Assembly: GCA_963666315.2 (NCBI GenBank)
Contig: CAXXHG010000010.1
Span: forward strand, 96,001 to 160,000
DNA from: Candidatus Binatia bacterium
Lineage (GTDB): Bacteria; Desulfobacterota; Binatia; Bin18
Direction: 5' to 3'
Length of the DNA stretch: 64,000 nucleotides
Part shown: piece after piece, positions 41,929 through 55,245 of the stretch
How the letters are laid out: every line of letters starts with the position of its first letter
Position numbering within the stretch: position 1 is the stretch's first letter
Notes under the pieces: model-generated
The model's database searches: none
The model's input: the letters and a program-made list of their open reading frames with translations, nothing else
What the model was told of the DNA's origin: nothing
Made by a program: the position numbers and the translations under genes

Positions 41929-42561
41929 TTATCCTTCTTGTGTCTGGTGTACGAGGACAAATTGTCTTCGCGCTCCGGGGATCGAGCCATGAACGAGGAG
42001 CAGATTCTCATCCGGCTGAACCTCAACAACTCTGAGGTGTAATGCCGTCACCCTATCATTCCCGAGATGTCCGGCCATATGTTTGCCTTTAAAAACCTTG
42101 CCAGGATAAGAACGGTTTCCAATAGATCCGCCATGCCGAAAATATTCATGCGTGCCATGGCTTTTGGGGAATCCTGCCATCCCATACCTTTTCATGACCC
42201 CGGTGAATCCTCGCCCTTTTGTCCGCCCTACCACATTCACCAGGTCTCCAGGTTGAAAGAGCTGCTCGACCGTAATTTTGCCTCCAACCTCGTAGGTTTC
42301 AATGTCGTCCGACCGAAACTCTCGAAGAACGGCAAACGGGCCACTGCCGGACTTTTGGCAATGCCCAAGCACCGGCTTGGAGACACGATGGGGTTTCTGG
42401 GTCCCGAACCCGAGCTGGAGAGCCGTGTAGCCGTCTCTCTGCAGGGTCTTCTTTTGCACGACGGTGCAGGGTCCAGTCTGGATAACCGTCACACAGACGA
42501 GCCCTCCATCTGGGGCAAAGATCTGCGTCATGCCCAATTTCTTTCCGATCAGACCTTGCAT
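41929..42561 (-). CDS. rplC: 50S ribosomal protein L3
   Basis: [22 protein letters not shown]. Confidence 0.97.
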   Translation of the reverse strand: MQGLIGKKLGMTQIFAPDGGLVCVTVIQTGPCTVVQKKTLQRDGYTALQLGFGTQKPHRVSKPVLGHCQKSGSGPFAVLREFRSDDIETYEVGGKITVEQLFQPGDLVNVVGRTKGRGFTGVMKRYGMAGFPKSHGTHEYFRHGGSIGNRSYPGKVFKGKHMAGHLGNDRVTALHLRVVEVQPDENLLLVHGSIPGARRQFVLVHQTQEG

Positions 42562-42574
42562 CGTTGTCCCTTCC

Positions 42575-42895
42575 CTACCCCAATTTAATCTCTACATCGA
42601 CACCCGCGGCCAGCTCAAGTTTTCCAAGAGCATCAATAGTCTGCTGGGTAGGGTCGAGGATATCGACCAACCGCTTATGCGTCCGAATCTCGAATTGTTC
42701 GCGAGATTTTTTATCAACATGCGGAGAGCGATTGACGGTAAACCGCTCAATGCGCGTGGGGAGTGGGATCGGACCAGCCACACGTCCCCCGGTCCGCTTG
42801 ACCGTCTCAACAATCTCTTTCACCGATTGATCGAGCACTCGGTGGTCATACGCCTTAAAACGGATCCGGATCTTTTCATTCATTATGCTGGTCAT
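42575..42895 (-). CDS. rpsJ: 30S ribosomal protein S10
   Basis: [21 protein letters not shown]. Confidence 0.97.
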   Translation of the reverse strand: MTSIMNEKIRIRFKAYDHRVLDQSVKEIVETVKRTGGRVAGPIPLPTRIERFTVNRSPHVDKKSREQFEIRTHKRLVDILDPTQQTIDALGKLELAAGVDVEIKLG

Positions 42896-42901
42896 ACAAC
42901 C

Positions 42902-44092
42902 TCACTGGAGGATTTTAGTCACAACGCCAGCCCCCACCGTGCGGCCCCCCTCCCGAATCGCAAACCGCAGACCCTCATCCATCGCTATCGGCGTCAATAA
43001 CTCGACCGTCATCTGCGTGTTATCCCCCGGCATCACCATCTCCGTCCCCTCCTGCAAGACCACCGACCCGGTCACATCTGTCGTCCGAAAGTAAAACTGC
43101 GGCCGATAGCCATTGAAAAACGGCGTATGCCGCCCCCCCTCCTCCTTGGTCAATACATACACTTCCGCCTCATATTTCGTGTGCGGCGTGATACTCCCCG
43201 GCTTCGCCAAGACCTGCCCCCGCTCGATATCCTCCCGCTTGACCCCTCGGAGCAAACACCCCACATTGTCCCCCGCTACCCCCTCATCCAACAGCTTACG
43301 AAACATCTCCACGCCCGTCACCGTCGTCTTGCGCGTCTCCTTGATCCCCACTATCTCGACCTCTTCCCCCACCTTCACCCGCCCCCGATCGACCCGCCCC
43401 GTCGCCACCGTCCCCCGCCCCGAAATCGTAAACACATCCTCAATCGACATCAGAAACTCGCGATCCACTTCCCGCTCCGGCTCCGGAATAAAATTGTCCA
43501 CCGCCTCCATCAGCTTCAGGATCGCCGGCTCCCCTAACTCCCCCGGCTCCCCCTCCAACGCATGCAGCGCACTGCCCTGGATGATCGGCGTCTCATCGCC
43601 CGGAAAATCATACTTCGACAATAGCTCCCGCATCTCCAGCTCCACCAGCTCCAACAGCTCCTCATCGTCCACCATGTCCACTTTGTTCATGAACACCACG
43701 ATTGCCGGCACCCCCACTTGGCGCGCCAATAAAATATGCTCGCGCGTCTGCGGCATCGGCCCGTCTGAGGCCGCCACCACCAGTATCGCCCCGTCCATCT
43801 GCGCCGCCCCCGTGATCATATTCTTGATGTAATCCGCATGCCCCGGACAGTCCACGTGCGCATAGTGGCGGTTGTCCGTCTCATACTCTACATGCGCCGT
43901 GTTGATCGTAATCCCCCGCTCCCGCTCCTCCGGCGCCTTATCTATCTCGTCAAACGACACAAACTCCGCCTGATTCCGCGCTGCTAACACCTTCGTGATC
44001 GCCGCCGTTAATGTCGTCTTCCCGTGATCGATATGCCCGATCGTGCCGACATTCATATGCGGCTTCGTCCGCTCAAACCGCGCCTTCGCCAT
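42902..44092 (-). CDS. tuf: Elongation factor Tu (str-operon copy)
   Basis: [31 protein letters not shown]. Confidence 0.98.
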   Translation of the reverse strand: MAKARFERTKPHMNVGTIGHIDHGKTTLTAAITKVLAARNQAEFVSFDEIDKAPEERERGITINTAHVEYETDNRHYAHVDCPGHADYIKNMITGAAQMDGAILVVAASDGPMPQTREHILLARQVGVPAIVVFMNKVDMVDDEELLELVELEMRELLSKYDFPGDETPIIQGSALHALEGEPGELGEPAILKLMEAVDNFIPEPEREVDREFLMSIEDVFTISGRGTVATGRVDRGRVKVGEEVEIVGIKETRKTTVTGVEMFRKLLDEGVAGDNVGCLLRGVKREDIERGQVLAKPGSITPHTKYEAEVYVLTKEEGGRHTPFFNGYRPQFYFRTTDVTGSVVLQEGTEMVMPGDNTQMTVELLTPIAMDEGLRFAIREGGRTVGAGVVTKILQ

Positions 44093-44229
44093 CTCGCTCG
44101 TCCTTTCCCTTGCTCGGGTCGATGAAAGTGCCCCATACGAATGGTGAGGGAGTGCGTAACCTCCTCATCGTTGGGGCTTGCTCCTCGGGGCAGAAGCCAG
44201 ACTGTCGGCTTCCGCTTTATTCTGGGTTC

Positions 44230-44262
44230 CGCAATACTAAAGGCTATTTCAGAAGAGTCAAC
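44230..44262 (-). pseudogene. fusA: Relic of fusA (EF-G domain IV motif) in the rpsG-tuf spacer
   Basis: Minus strand GTT GAC TCT TCT GAA ATA GCC TTT AGT ATT GCG = VDSSEIAFSIA, matching EF-G VDSSEMAFKIA, at the usual fusA position. Confidence 0.6.
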
Positions 44263-44360
44263 CGCCTACATCAACGGCACACGGTCTCTCCACCCTCGAC
44301 GACCTCTCACCTCTCTCAGCACCACGAATGCCGTGATAGCCGATGATCTTTATTACGCCA

Positions 44361-44831
44361 TTACCATCGATAATGAGCAAAAGCTTTATTTGCTTCAGCC
44401 ATGCGATGGGTATCTTCACGCTTCTTGACTGCACCGCCTCTATTTTGCGAGGCCTCAAAGAGCTCTCCGGCTAGCTTCTGCCCCATGCTCTTTTCTGGCC
44501 GTTGGCGTGCAGACTGCACGAGCCAACGCATGGCAAGAGAATTTCTCCGGACTTGACGCACCTCTACGGGAACTTGGTATGTCGCCCCCCCGACTCGTCT
44601 TGAACGGACCTCAACAAGTGGTCTCACATTTTCCAGCGCACGCTGGAAGACCTCAAGGGCATCTTCCCCCGTTCGCTGATGAATTAAATCCATCGCCCCA
44701 TACAGAATTTTTTCGACTTTCCCCTTTTCTCCGCCGAGCATCATCATATTCACGAATTTGGAGACACTCTTATCATGGAATTTTGGATCTGGAAGTGTCT
44801 CTCGTCGTGCAGCCGGTCCCTTTCGTGGCAT
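44361..44831 (-). CDS. rpsG: 30S ribosomal protein S7
   Basis: [24 protein letters not shown]. Confidence 0.97.
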   Translation of the reverse strand: MPRKGPAARRETLPDPKFHDKSVSKFVNMMMLGGEKGKVEKILYGAMDLIHQRTGEDALEVFQRALENVRPLVEVRSRRVGGATYQVPVEVRQVRRNSLAMRWLVQSARQRPEKSMGQKLAGELFEASQNRGGAVKKREDTHRMAEANKAFAHYRW

Positions 44832-44846
44832 TACGCTCCCCTTCGT

Positions 44847-45218
44847 TTACTTCGGTTTCTTTGCTCCATATTTCGATCGTCCCTGCTTACGTTCTTGCAC
44901 TCCGATAGAGTCAAGAGTGCCACGTACGATATGGTACCGAACACCAGGAAGATCTTTGACCCGACCACCTCGAAGGAGGACAACCGAGTGCTCTTGCAGA
45001 TTATGGCCTACACCTGGGATATAAGCCGTGACCTCAATCCCATTCGTGAGCCTGACACGAGCAACCTTGCGGAGTGCCGAATTTGGCTTCTTCGGCGTCG
45101 TCGTATACACTCGAGTGCACACTCCACGTCTTTGAGGACATGCCTGTAAAGCCGGTGCTGTTACCTTCCGACGTTGCTGTTCTCTCCCTTTCCGAACTAA
45201 TTGCTGAATTGTAGGCAT
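44847..45218 (-). CDS. rpsL: 30S ribosomal protein S12
   Basis: [23 protein letters not shown]. Confidence 0.98.
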   Translation of the reverse strand: MPTIQQLVRKGREQQRRKVTAPALQACPQRRGVCTRVYTTTPKKPNSALRKVARVRLTNGIEVTAYIPGVGHNLQEHSVVLLRGGRVKDLPGVRYHIVRGTLDSIGVQERKQGRSKYGAKKPK

Positions 45219-45254
45219 TCTTCCTCCTTGCGAAAATCGGCCTTCTCCTACGCC

Positions 45255-48200
45255 TCAATTGACTTGGGAGATCGGCAGAGGCTCTTCAGGCAAGGCCTCC
45301 GGGCTTCCCACTTTCAGCTGTGTATAACTCGGAGTTCCTGTCCCGGCAGGAATAAGACGGCCCATAATAACATTTTCCTTGAGTCCGAGAAGGTGATCGA
45401 CCTTACCATTAATGGCCGCTTCCGTGAGCACCTTTGTGGTTTCTTGGAACGAAGCTGCCGAAATAAAGCTATCGGTCGACAGGCTCGCCTTGGTAATACC
45501 CATGAGAAGCGACTTCGCTTCCGGCGGCGTTCCTCCATCGGCGAGGACGCGTTCTGTCTCCTCTTGGTAGCGCCACTTCTCGACATGCTCTCCGACCAGA
45601 AAATTTGAGTCTCCAACTCCGGTCACCAAGACCCGCCGCATCATCTGTCGGACAATCACCTCAATATGTTTGTCGTGGATACGCACCCCTTGCAAGCGAT
45701 AGATCTCTTGGATCGCGTCAACAAGCGATTTTGCGAGTTCCCGCTCCCCGACGACCGCGAGGATATCATGCGGATTAGAAGAGCCATCCATGAGGGGCTC
45801 GCCCGGTCGCACGTAGTCGCCCTCTCGAACGCTGATGTGTTTTCCACGAGCGATGAGATACTCACGGGCCTCTCCCACTTCAGGAGTAATGAGCACTTTC
45901 CGCTTGCCCTTCGTATCTTTTCCAAAAGAAACAACCCCTTCGATCTCACTAATAACTGCGAAGGCTTTTGGCTTCCTCGCTTCAAACAATTCAGCCACAC
46001 GCGGCAGGCCACCGGTGATATCCTTGGTCTTCGTAGTTTCTCGAGGGATCTTGGCCAGCACATCACCGGCCTCGACCCGTTGGCCCTCACGCACAGTGAG
46101 ATTTGCACCAACCGGCAGGAGATAGCGCGCCTCTAAGCCATTCAAGAGCTTGGCCGTTTTTCCCTTATCATCTTTAATGGACACACGCGGCCGCATATTC
46201 GGGTCGCGAAAGTCGATAATAGCCCGAGTGGACAACCCCGTCCGCTCGTCTACCTTCTCCTGCATTGTGTTATCGTCAATATCAACAAACTTGATCTCGC
46301 CACCAACCTCAGTCAGGATCGGAACTGTATACGGATCCCATTCTGCGATTAAATCGTCGGTCTTCACTTTTACGCCTTCTTTTCTCTTGAGCCTGGCGCC
46401 ATACACAACGGGGGAGCGTTCTCTTTCACGTTCCTGCCCTTGCCCCAAGACTTCGACAACAGCGACTTCTCCGTTGCGGTTCATTACGACGAAATCGCCT
46501 TCCCGATCAACAACGGTTTTAATGTTAATATACCGTAGTGTCCCTTCATTGCGGGCCAGCAGTGTCGTTTGCTCTGCGCGACGACTTGCCGTCCCCCCGA
46601 TATGGAAGGTCCGCATTGTCAACTGAGTGCCAGGCTCTCCGATGGACTGTGCAGCGATAATCCCAACCGCCTCACCGAGGTGGACCAGGCGACCACGTGC
46701 GAGATCCCGACCGTAACAACGGGCACAGATACCACGCCGAGTATTACAAGTCAGGGCAGACCTGAGCCAAACGCGTTCGATTCCTGCTTCTTCAATGCGT
46801 GCAACCCGCTCCTCATCAATCTCCTCGTTTGCACGGACAACAACTTCTTTTGTAAAAGGGTCGCGAATATCATCCAGTGCTACGCGGCCGAGGACACGCT
46901 CGCCAACACCTTCGATGATTTCTCCACCTTCGACCAAAGGCGTCATCTCAATACCATCAATCGTACCGCAGTCCTCCTCACTCACGATAGAATCTTGGGC
47001 CACGTCAACAAGGCGTCGAGTGAGATAGCCCGAATTTGCGGTCTTGAGTGCGGTATCAGCCAACCCCTTTCGGGCACCATGGGTCGAAATAAAATACTGG
47101 AGCACCGACAGCCCTTCACGAAAATTCGCGGTAATAGGACTCTCAATAATTTCGCCCGAGGGTTTTGCCATCAGCCCACGCATACCCGCCAATTGCCGAA
47201 TCTGCTGCGCACTGCCCCGAGAGCCGGAGTCTGCCATCATATAGATAGGACTAAATCCGTCTCGGTCTTCCTGCAGGCCGCTAAACATTTGGTCTGCGGC
47301 TTCATCAGTCACCGATGCCCAGATATCAACAACCTTGTTATGGCGTTCACCGTCGGTAATCAGTCCCTTCGTATACTGTTCCTGAATCTCTTGCAGAACC
47401 TTTTCCGCCTTCTGTAAAAGCCGGCCCTTCTCCTTCGGAATCACCATATCCTTGATGCCAATCGAGATCCCAGCCTTAGTCGCGTATTCGAAGCCCATAT
47501 CTTTCAGACGATCAGCAAAAATGACTGTCGCTTTAGTGCCTGCTTTGAGAACAGAGGTATCTACTAAGGCCCCGAGTTCTTTTTTCTTCATCACTCGATT
47601 AATAGCGGAAAAGGGAATCTCAGGAGGGACGATTTCAGCCAGGAGAACACGCCCCACCGTCGTCTCAACACGTGCGCCATCCATACGAACAACGATCTTC
47701 GCCTGGAGATCAGCTGCACCTTGATCATAGGCAATCCGAACTTCTTCCGGGCTACTAAAAATTTTCCCTTCCCCTGTGGCACCAGGACGCTCCCGCGTCA
47801 TAGAATAGAGCCCTAGGACAATATCTTGCGTTGGGCTGATAACCGCCTTTCCATGAGCAGGCGAGAGAATATTATTGGTTGACATCATCAAGCTACGCGC
47901 TTCGACTTGCGCTTCGACAGAGAGCGGAAGATGGACCGCCATCTGGTCACCGTCGAAGTCCGCATTATAGGCCATACAGACAAGCGGGTGGAGCTGAATG
48001 GCCTTCCCCTCGATTAAGATGGGTTCGAACGCTTGAATACCGAGTCTATGCAAAGTCGGCGCCCGATTCAGGAGCACCGGATGTTCACGGATCACTTCAT
48101 CAAGGATATCCCAAACTTCCGGACGTTCCTTCTCGACCATTTTCTTGGCGCTCTTAATAGTCGTCGTGTAGCCACGTTCTTCAAGCTTGTTATAAATGAA

Positions 48201-49340
48201 AGGCTTGAACAGCTCCAAGGCCATATGTTTGGGCAACCCACATTGATGCAGACGCAATTCTGGTCCAACGACAATCACCGAGCGGCCAGAATAATCGACA
48301 CGTTTCCCTAGAAGATTCTGACGGAATCGCCCGCCTTTCCCTTTGAGCATGTCAGAAAGGGATTTTAGTGGCCGTTTGTTTTGTCCAGTGAGTGGACGAC
48401 CGCGCCGTCCATTGTCAAAGAGCGCATCTACAGCTTCCTGGAGCATGCGTTTCTCGTTCCGAACAATAATATCCGGAGCGCTGAGTTCTATCAGTCGCTT
48501 GAGTCGATTATTTCGATTGATAACGCGACGGTAGAGGTCATTCAGATCCGAAGTTGCAAAACGACCGCCATCAAGAGGCACGAGAGGGCGAAGATCGGGC
48601 GGGATGACCGGAATGACCTCGAGGATCATTTCTTCCGGATGATTCCCGGATTTACGAAATGCGTTCACAACTTTGAGCCGCTTGGCGGCCTTCTTTCGAC
48701 GAGCCTCGCTCGATGTCTGGACCATCTCCACCCGGAGTTCCTTAGCCAACTCTTCAAGATTGATGTCTTGAAACAGTTCGCGAACTGCCTCCGCCCCCAT
48801 ACCGGCACGGAAACTTCCAGGGCCGAATTCCTCGACGGCCTGACGGTAGCGCGTCTCGCTTAAGAGTTCTTTTTTGCGCAAAGACGTCTGCCCTGGATCA
48901 ATGACAATATAGGACTCGAAGTAGAGAACGCGCTCCAGTTCCTTGAGCGTGGTGTCCATCAATGTCCCAATCCGGCTCGGCAGACTCTTGAGAAACCAAA
49001 TATGTGCAACGGGGCTTGCAAGGTCGATATGGCCCATCCGTTCGCGACGGACCTTGGACTGTATCACTTCGACTCCACACTTCTCACACACGACGCCTCT
49101 ATGGCGCATACGCTTGTACTTCCCACAGTTGCACTCGTAGTCTTTCGTCGGTCCGAAAATTTTTGCGCAGAAGAGGCCATCGCGCTCAGGTTTAAACGTC
49201 CGGTAGTTAATGGTTTCGGGTTTCTTGACCTCACCGTGCGACCAAGATCGGACCAGATCAGCAGACGCCAGCGAGACCCGAATCGCATTAAAACGGAGCG
49301 GATTTTGGGGTTTTTCAAAAAGACCCAGAAAATCTTCCAT
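45255..49340 (-). CDS. rpoC: RNA polymerase beta' subunit
   Basis: [36 protein letters not shown]; start set at ATG49340. Confidence 0.98.
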   Translation of the reverse strand: MEDFLGLFEKPQNPLRFNAIRVSLASADLVRSWSHGEVKKPETINYRTFKPERDGLFCAKIFGPTKDYECNCGKYKRMRHRGVVCEKCGVEVIQSKVRRERMGHIDLASPVAHIWFLKSLPSRIGTLMDTTLKELERVLYFESYIVIDPGQTSLRKKELLSETRYRQAVEEFGPGSFRAGMGAEAVRELFQDINLEELAKELRVEMVQTSSEARRKKAAKRLKVVNAFRKSGNHPEEMILEVIPVIPPDLRPLVPLDGGRFATSDLNDLYRRVINRNNRLKRLIELSAPDIIVRNEKRMLQEAVDALFDNGRRGRPLTGQNKRPLKSLSDMLKGKGGRFRQNLLGKRVDYSGRSVIVVGPELRLHQCGLPKHMALELFKPFIYNKLEERGYTTTIKSAKKMVEKERPEVWDILDEVIREHPVLLNRAPTLHRLGIQAFEPILIEGKAIQLHPLVCMAYNADFDGDQMAVHLPLSVEAQVEARSLMMSTNNILSPAHGKAVISPTQDIVLGLYSMTRERPGATGEGKIFSSPEEVRIAYDQGAADLQAKIVVRMDGARVETTVGRVLLAEIVPPEIPFSAINRVMKKKELGALVDTSVLKAGTKATVIFADRLKDMGFEYATKAGISIGIKDMVIPKEKGRLLQKAEKVLQEIQEQYTKGLITDGERHNKVVDIWASVTDEAADQMFSGLQEDRDGFSPIYMMADSGSRGSAQQIRQLAGMRGLMAKPSGEIIESPITANFREGLSVLQYFISTHGARKGLADTALKTANSGYLTRRLVDVAQDSIVSEEDCGTIDGIEMTPLVEGGEIIEGVGERVLGRVALDDIRDPFTKEVVVRANEEIDEERVARIEEAGIERVWLRSALTCNTRRGICARCYGRDLARGRLVHLGEAVGIIAAQSIGEPGTQLTMRTFHIGGTASRRAEQTTLLARNEGTLRYINIKTVVDREGDFVVMNRNGEVAVVEVLGQGQERERERSPVVYGARLKRKEGVKVKTDDLIAEWDPYTVPILTEVGGEIKFVDIDDNTMQEKVDERTGLSTRAIIDFRDPNMRPRVSIKDDKGKTAKLLNGLEARYLLPVGANLTVREGQRVEAGDVLAKIPRETTKTKDITGGLPRVAELFEARKPKAFAVISEIEGVVSFGKDTKGKRKVLITPEVGEAREYLIARGKHISVREGDYVRPGEPLMDGSSNPHDILAVVGERELAKSLVDAIQEIYRLQGVRIHDKHIEVIVRQMMRRVLVTGVGDSNFLVGEHVEKWRYQEETERVLADGGTPPEAKSLLMGITKASLSTDSFISAASFQETTKVLTEAAINGKVDHLLGLKENVIMGRLIPAGTGTPSYTQLKVGSPEALPEEPLPISQVN

Positions 49341-49358
49341 TTTTCTCCTCACCTTGAC

Positions 49359-52300
49359 TTATTGGTTTTCTTCAATCAGCTCGACATTCAGTGCCAGGCT
49401 CTGAAGCTCTCGGATCATCACGTTGAACGATTCTGGTAAGCCGGGTTCCAGAACGTTTTCACCCTTCACAATGGCTTCATACATGCGGGTTCGACCTGCC
49501 ACATCATCTGATTTAACTGTTAACATTTCTTGCAAGCTATACGCGGCTCCATACGCTTCGAGCGCCCAGACTTCCATCTCTCCAAGCCGCTGGCCACCAA
49601 ACTGGGCTTTCCCACCCAGCGGCTGTTGCGTCACGAGGGAGTAAGGTCCGGTTGAACGTGCGTGGATCTTGTCTTCAACGAGGTGGTGGAGCTTCAGGAT
49701 ATACATAATGCCCACGGTTATGGGTTGGTCAAAAGGCTCTCCGGTCCGGCCATCATGAAGGATGGTCTGCCCCGACTCAGGGAGGCTGGCTTTCTTCAGC
49801 GCAGAAAAAATATCCGTCTCCGACGCTCCGTCGAATACAGGAGTCGCGATATGGGTTCCCTTTTTAGAGCGGCTGGCCACCTGTCTGAGTGCGGACGCCG
49901 ATAATCCATCGATAAGGCGAGAGACCTCTGCTGACCCGCACACATCCTTGAGACGTGCCCGAAGACTTTCGGTTGCAGCCTTGCCGTCTTTCTCTGCCTC
50001 TTCACCAATCTGAAACCCAAGTGATTGGATCGCCCAGCCAAGATGGGTTTCCAGAATTTGTCCGACATTCATGCGGGAGGGAACGCCCAGAGGATTGAGG
50101 ACAACGTCGATCGGAGTCCCGTCTTCTAGGTACGGCATATCTTCTTCTAGTAAAATTCGGGATAAGACGCCCTTATTCCCATGGCGCCCTGCCATTTTAT
50201 CACCCACCTGCAGATGGCGCTTTATCGCAACAAAAACCTTGACCATCTTAATGATGCCGGGGGGCAACTCATCGCCACTTTTTAACCGCGCAACTTTCCT
50301 CTCACATTCCTCGCGGATATAACCAGTCCGCTCCGCCATGGCCTCCGCAATCTTCGCTATTTCTTCCTCAACTCCGTCATCATCGATGCGGATCCTACTC
50401 CAAGACATCGCGGGCATGACATCCAGGACCTCCTCAGAGATCTCTTGGCCTTTGGCTAGCAATACACGTCGGGTCGCATCGTCACTGACCCGCATGGTCG
50501 CCGTCTTGCCCATGAGGAGCTGTTTGATCTTCCCTAGAGTACTGTCTTGAATTATCAGGATTTCCTCATCCCGATCCTGTTCCAATCCGTTGATCTCACC
50601 CTCTTCAATATCTTGACTGCGCTCATCCTTGGTAACGCCTTTGCGAGAGAAAACACGGACATTGATAATTGTCCCTGCAACCCCAGGCGAGACACGCAAC
50701 GAGGTGTCCCGGACCTCCCCAGCTTTTTCACCGAAAATAGCCCGCAGCAGCTTCTCTTCAGGCGAGAGTTGAGTCTCTCCTTTAGGAGTGATTTTTCCAA
50801 CTAAGATATCGCTCGGCCGGACTTCTGCCCCGATCCTGACAATGCCGCTTTCATCGAGATCTTTCAGCGCTTCTTCTCCGACATTAGGGATGTCTTGAGT
50901 GATTTCTTCTGGACCAAGCTTGGTGTCGCGCGCCACGCATTCGAATTCCTCGATGTGGACCGAGGTAAAAACATCATCACGAATCAGGCGTTCACTGACC
51001 AGAATCGAGTCCTCAAAATTATAGCCGCCCCAAATCATAAAAGCGACCAAAACGTTTCTGCCGAGTGCGAGTTCCCCCATGTCCGTCGCAGGACCATCCG
51101 CGATAACATCACCAGTTTCCACGCGGTCGCCAACTTGGACGGTAGGCCGTTGATTCACGCATGTATTTTGATTAGAGCGCTGGTATTTAGTCAGGCTGTA
51201 TATATCAACCCCAACGTCACCCTGCGCGGTGTGTGATTCTGCTCTGACTACGATACGCGCCGAATCAACGCTCTCAACAAGACCATCCCTATGTGCGGTC
51301 ACAGAGGCACCCGAGTCCCTCGCCACCACCTGCTCCATACCCGTCCCCACGAGTGGAGCTTCCGTACGGAGCAAGGGGACTGCCTGTCGTTGCATGTTCG
51401 ATCCCATGAGGGCCCGGTTCGCGTCGTCATGCTCCAGGAAAGGGATCAGCGCAGCCGCAACACTCACTAACTGTGTGGGGGACACGTCCATTTGCTGAAT
51501 CTCCGTGGGTAGGACCATCACAAATTCTCCACGAAGTCGAGCGGAAACGAGTTTGTTCGTAAAATTTCCCTTCGCATCAACCGGGGCGTTTGCCTGCGCA
51601 ATCGTCTGACTTTCTTCCTCCAGAGCAGACAGATACCGGACAGTATCAGTGACCCGGCCCTGTACGACTTCCCGATACGGCGTCTCGATGAAGCCAAATT
51701 CATTGACGCGCGCATATGTGGAAAGACTTGCAATAAGCCCGATATTCGGCCCCTCGGGTGTCTCAATAGGACAGACCCGTCCGTAGTGTGTCGGGTGAAC
51801 GTCTCGCACCTCAAAGCCTGCACGTTCTCGGGTGAGTCCTCCAGGCCCCAGTGCCGAAAGCCGCCTTTTATGTGTAATTTCAGACAAGGGATTCGTCTGG
51901 TCCATGAATTGAGAAAGCTGGCTTGAGCCGAAAAATTCTTTCAGGGCTGCCGAAACAGGTTTGTAATTGACCAATTCCTGGGGCATCAACGTCTCGACAT
52001 CCTGGAGACTCATACGCTCTTTCACCGCACGTTCCATCCGGACCAAGCCGATACGAAACTGATTTTCGACCAGCTCTCCGACCGCCCGGATGCGTCGGTT
52101 CCCCAGATGGTCAATATCATCGACAACGCCATTGCCATTCTTCAGTTCAACCAAATACCGTACGGCTTCCAGGATATCCTCACGCCGCAGGGTACCTTGA
52201 TCGAGGGGCGCGTTGATAGCGAGTTTATGATTGAGTTTGAGACGCCCGACTCGCGACAAATTATAGCGCTCAGGGTTAAAAAACAGATTGTGACAAAACA

Positions 52301-53471
52301 AGGTTGCCGCTTCACTCGTCGGAGGGTCACCCGGACGCAGCCGCCGATAAATCTCAATGACCGCCTCTTCGGGAGAAGAAACTTTGTCCTGTAAGAGCGT
52401 GTTACGCAGGGACGGACCGATATGGGACTCATCAATGAAGAGCAGCTCAACACTCGACACCCCGCGCTCCATAAGGAGATCGAGCTGTTCTTGCGAGATT
52501 TCCTCATTGCACTGAATGAGCACCTCTTTTGTTGAAGGGTCAAGAATGTCACGCGCGGCCACCCGACCGATCAGTTCCTCGATGGTCATGGGAATCTGCT
52601 CAATCCCGGCCGACTCCATATGCCTGAGCGCACTGCGGGTAAACTTCCGTCCCTCCTTCAGCAACAGATCATCGGTCTGAGGATGCCGAACATCTTGCGT
52701 GGTACACAGGCCGAGCAAGTGCCCGGGCTGAAAAGTTTTGCTTGGTTTTCTCTGACCAAGGAAGATCGTATCTGTGCGATAAAAATAATTCAGCAGATCC
52801 TCTGTTGTCATTTCCAATGCGCGTAAGAGCACGGTCGCATGGAATTTCCGGCGCCGGTCTATCCGCACGTAGAGAATATCTTTGGGATCAAATTCGAAAT
52901 CGATCCACGATCCTCGATACGGGATGACCCGAGCCGAGTACAGGAGCTTCCCACTCGCATGCGTCTTCCCTTTATCATGGTCAAAAAAGACTCCAGGGGA
53001 TCGATGCAGCTGACTGACGATAACACGCTCCGTCCCATTGATCATGAATGTTCCGTGCTTCGTCATTAATGGGAGTTCGCCAAAATAGACTTCCTGTTCT
53101 TTGACGTTCTTGATCGTACGAGCACCACTGCTGGGGTCGATATCCCACAGGACAAGTTGAATCGTCACTTTGAGGGGAGCAGCATGCGTCATCCCTCTTT
53201 GATGGCACTCTTCAACTGTATACTTCGGTTCTCCGAGCGCGTAACTCACAAACTCAAGAGAGGCGGTCTCATTAAAATCTTTGATTGGAAAAACCGACCG
53301 AAAGACCCCATGGAGCCCAGTGTCCGTCCTCTGTTCAGCAGGCTGGAGTCCCTGGAGAAATTCATCATACGAGTGATGTTGAATTTCCAGCAGGTGCGGA
53401 AATTTGACTATTTGTCCAATGCGACCAAAAGGCCGTCGAATGCGGAAGTTATGCGCTAGCCTAGCAGCCAT
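49359..53471 (-). CDS. rpoB: RNA polymerase beta subunit
   Basis: [47 protein letters not shown]. Confidence 0.98.
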   Translation of the reverse strand: MAARLAHNFRIRRPFGRIGQIVKFPHLLEIQHHSYDEFLQGLQPAEQRTDTGLHGVFRSVFPIKDFNETASLEFVSYALGEPKYTVEECHQRGMTHAAPLKVTIQLVLWDIDPSSGARTIKNVKEQEVYFGELPLMTKHGTFMINGTERVIVSQLHRSPGVFFDHDKGKTHASGKLLYSARVIPYRGSWIDFEFDPKDILYVRIDRRRKFHATVLLRALEMTTEDLLNYFYRTDTIFLGQRKPSKTFQPGHLLGLCTTQDVRHPQTDDLLLKEGRKFTRSALRHMESAGIEQIPMTIEELIGRVAARDILDPSTKEVLIQCNEEISQEQLDLLMERGVSSVELLFIDESHIGPSLRNTLLQDKVSSPEEAVIEIYRRLRPGDPPTSEAATLFCHNLFFNPERYNLSRVGRLKLNHKLAINAPLDQGTLRREDILEAVRYLVELKNGNGVVDDIDHLGNRRIRAVGELVENQFRIGLVRMERAVKERMSLQDVETLMPQELVNYKPVSAALKEFFGSSQLSQFMDQTNPLSEITHKRRLSALGPGGLTRERAGFEVRDVHPTHYGRVCPIETPEGPNIGLIASLSTYARVNEFGFIETPYREVVQGRVTDTVRYLSALEEESQTIAQANAPVDAKGNFTNKLVSARLRGEFVMVLPTEIQQMDVSPTQLVSVAAALIPFLEHDDANRALMGSNMQRQAVPLLRTEAPLVGTGMEQVVARDSGASVTAHRDGLVESVDSARIVVRAESHTAQGDVGVDIYSLTKYQRSNQNTCVNQRPTVQVGDRVETGDVIADGPATDMGELALGRNVLVAFMIWGGYNFEDSILVSERLIRDDVFTSVHIEEFECVARDTKLGPEEITQDIPNVGEEALKDLDESGIVRIGAEVRPSDILVGKITPKGETQLSPEEKLLRAIFGEKAGEVRDTSLRVSPGVAGTIINVRVFSRKGVTKDERSQDIEEGEINGLEQDRDEEILIIQDSTLGKIKQLLMGKTATMRVSDDATRRVLLAKGQEISEEVLDVMPAMSWSRIRIDDDGVEEEIAKIAEAMAERTGYIREECERKVARLKSGDELPPGIIKMVKVFVAIKRHLQVGDKMAGRHGNKGVLSRILLEEDMPYLEDGTPIDVVLNPLGVPSRMNVGQILETHLGWAIQSLGFQIGEEAEKDGKAATESLRARLKDVCGSAEVSRLIDGLSASALRQVASRSKKGTHIATPVFDGASETDIFSALKKASLPESGQTILHDGRTGEPFDQPITVGIMYILKLHHLVEDKIHARSTGPYSLVTQQPLGGKAQFGGQRLGEMEVWALEAYGAAYSLQEMLTVKSDDVAGRTRMYEAIVKGENVLEPGLPESFNVMIRELQSLALNVELIEENQ

Positions 53472-53501
53472 GAATGCTCCCCTTTTTCTCCCGCTCCAGC
53501 A

Positions 53502-53891
53502 TTATTTCAGTTCGACTGAGCCGCCAGCCCCTTCAAGCTTTTCTTTTACTTCTTCAGCCTCTGCCTTGGAAACACCTTCTTTCACCGCCTTAGGTGCGCT
53601 GTCCACGAGCTCTTTGGCTTCCTTAAGACCTAATCCAGTCAGTTCACGGACAACCTTAATGACCTGAATTTTCTTGTCTCCAGGCCCTGTCAGCACAACA
53701 TCAAACTCCGTCTGCTCAACAGCCTCGGGCGCAGCATCACCACCGGCAGGATCTCCGGCAACCACTACGGGAGCTGCAGCGCTGACTCCCCATTTCTCTT
53801 CGAGCTTCTTGACCAAATCTGAGGCCTCGAGAATGGTTAGGTCCGAGAGCGTGACAATAATTTCATCCATCTTTTCTGCTGTTAGAGCCAT
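53502..53891 (-). CDS. rplL: 50S ribosomal protein L7/L12
   Basis: [22 protein letters not shown]. Confidence 0.97.
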   Translation of the reverse strand: MALTAEKMDEIIVTLSDLTILEASDLVKKLEEKWGVSAAAPVVVAGDPAGGDAAPEAVEQTEFDVVLTGPGDKKIQVIKVVRELTGLGLKEAKELVDSAPKAVKEGVSKAEAEEVKEKLEGAGGSVELK

Positions 53892-53921
53892 ACTGTCCTC
53901 CTGCGGGATACGTAAAAGTCT

Positions 53922-54443
53922 TTAATCTGTGTTGAGTTGAGACATCCGTTCATTAAGCAGCCTTGCAAGTTGAGAGCCAGGAGCAGACAAGGCGCCGGCA
54001 AGGCGAGTCGCCGGCTGCGAGAGCACGCCAAGCAGCTGCGCGCGGAGGGCCTCCTTGCCAGGCAGGGTGGCCAAAGCCTCAACCTTGGCCGTTCCCAAGA
54101 ACTGCCCCTCGGTAAAGCCCCCCTTGATTGTAAATTTTCTGTTTTCAGCAGCGAACCGAGAAATGACTTTAGCAATCCCAATCACATCACCATAGCCGAA
54201 GACCAGTCCATTCTGTCCCGAAAGCAAATCTTTCAAAGAGAGATAGGGGGTTCCGTCAATGGCAAGCGCCACTAAAGTATTTTTGGCAACGCGATACTCT
54301 CCGTCCACCCCGCGAAGCTCGCGCCGCAGGTTGTTCAGTTGTTCTACCGTTAGGCCTTGGTACTCAGTCAGCACTGCGGCTGTCGCATTCGCGAACAGGT
54401 GCTGAAGATCAGTTACGGTTTCTTCTTTTGTTCGTCGGTCCAT
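53922..54443 (-). CDS. rplJ: 50S ribosomal protein L10
   Basis: YQGLTVEQL..LR, VAKNTL, LATLP. Confidence 0.96.
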   Translation of the reverse strand: MDRRTKEETVTDLQHLFANATAAVLTEYQGLTVEQLNNLRRELRGVDGEYRVAKNTLVALAIDGTPYLSLKDLLSGQNGLVFGYGDVIGIAKVISRFAAENRKFTIKGGFTEGQFLGTAKVEALATLPGKEALRAQLLGVLSQPATRLAGALSAPGSQLARLLNERMSQLNTD

Positions 54444-54514
54444 CTTTCAATCTTTCATCTTTCAATCTTTCATCTTTCAATCTTTCATCTTTCAATCTTT
54501 CATCTTTCCATCTT
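54441..54514. repeat. Tandem repeat with a 15-bp unit (CATCTTTCAATCTTT x4 plus a degenerate 5th copy) ending in the rplJ start codon
   Basis: Read directly at 54441-54500, plus CATCTTTCCATCTT at 54501-54514. Confidence 0.95.
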
Positions 54515-54539
54515 GGCGTCCGAACATTCATGACGCGCA

Positions 54540-55244
54540 CTAGCTCTGCCTCAGCGCTCCAACCGGGTCTACTCGCACTCCGAGTCCCATACTGGTACTG
54601 ACCGTAATGCTCTTCACATATGTCCCTTTAGCCGAGGCCGGCTTTACCCGGACTAAGCTCTCCAAAAGAGACTGCGCATTCTCCAGCAGCTGCGAACTTT
54701 CAAATGAAGCTTTCCCAACGGGCACATGCACATTGCCGGCCTTGTCAACTCGGTACTCGACCTTGCCGGCTTTGAGGTCCTGAACTGCCTGAGCAATATC
54801 CATTGTGACCGTGCCAACTTTCGGATTCGGCATAAGCCCTCGCGGGCCGAGGATTTTTCCAAGCCGGCCGACTACGCCCATCATGTCTGGGGTGGCCACA
54901 GCCTTATCAAACTCGAGCCATCCTTCCTCACTAATGCGCTTCGCAAGATCCTCACCGCCGACAATATCAGCTCCAGCTTCTTCGGCCTCTTGGACCTTTT
55001 CCCCTTTTGCGAAAACCACGACACGCACAGTTTTGCCAGTTCCATGAGGAAGCAATACTGTCCCGCGGATATTTTGATCAGCTTTCCTCGGATCAACACC
55101 CAGCCGCACTGCTAATTCGACAGTCTCATCGAATTTCGCCCGTTTCGTCTCGCGTGCCAACCTCAGTGCTTCATCTAAGGAGTAGCGACGAGTTCGATCC
55201 ACCTTGGCCTCTACAGAACGATAGCCTTTACTTCTTCGAGCCAT
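54540..55244 (-). CDS. rplA: 50S ribosomal protein L1
   Basis: [24 protein letters not shown]; start set at ATG55244. Confidence 0.97.
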   Translation of the reverse strand: MARRSKGYRSVEAKVDRTRRYSLDEALRLARETKRAKFDETVELAVRLGVDPRKADQNIRGTVLLPHGTGKTVRVVVFAKGEKVQEAEEAGADIVGGEDLAKRISEEGWLEFDKAVATPDMMGVVGRLGKILGPRGLMPNPKVGTVTMDIAQAVQDLKAGKVEYRVDKAGNVHVPVGKASFESSQLLENAQSLLESLVRVKPASAKGTYVKSITVSTSMGLGVRVDPVGALRQS

Positions 55245-55245
55245 A

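Noticed and set aside
51840-51945. Rifampicin-resistance changes in RpoB (and streptomycin-resistance changes in RpsL)
   Set aside because: Cluster I (SQFMDQ...HKRRLS) and the RpsL PKKPNS/RVKDL motifs look wild type.
54441-54514. CRISPR array
   Set aside because: Contiguous 15-bp units with no spacers and no cas genes.
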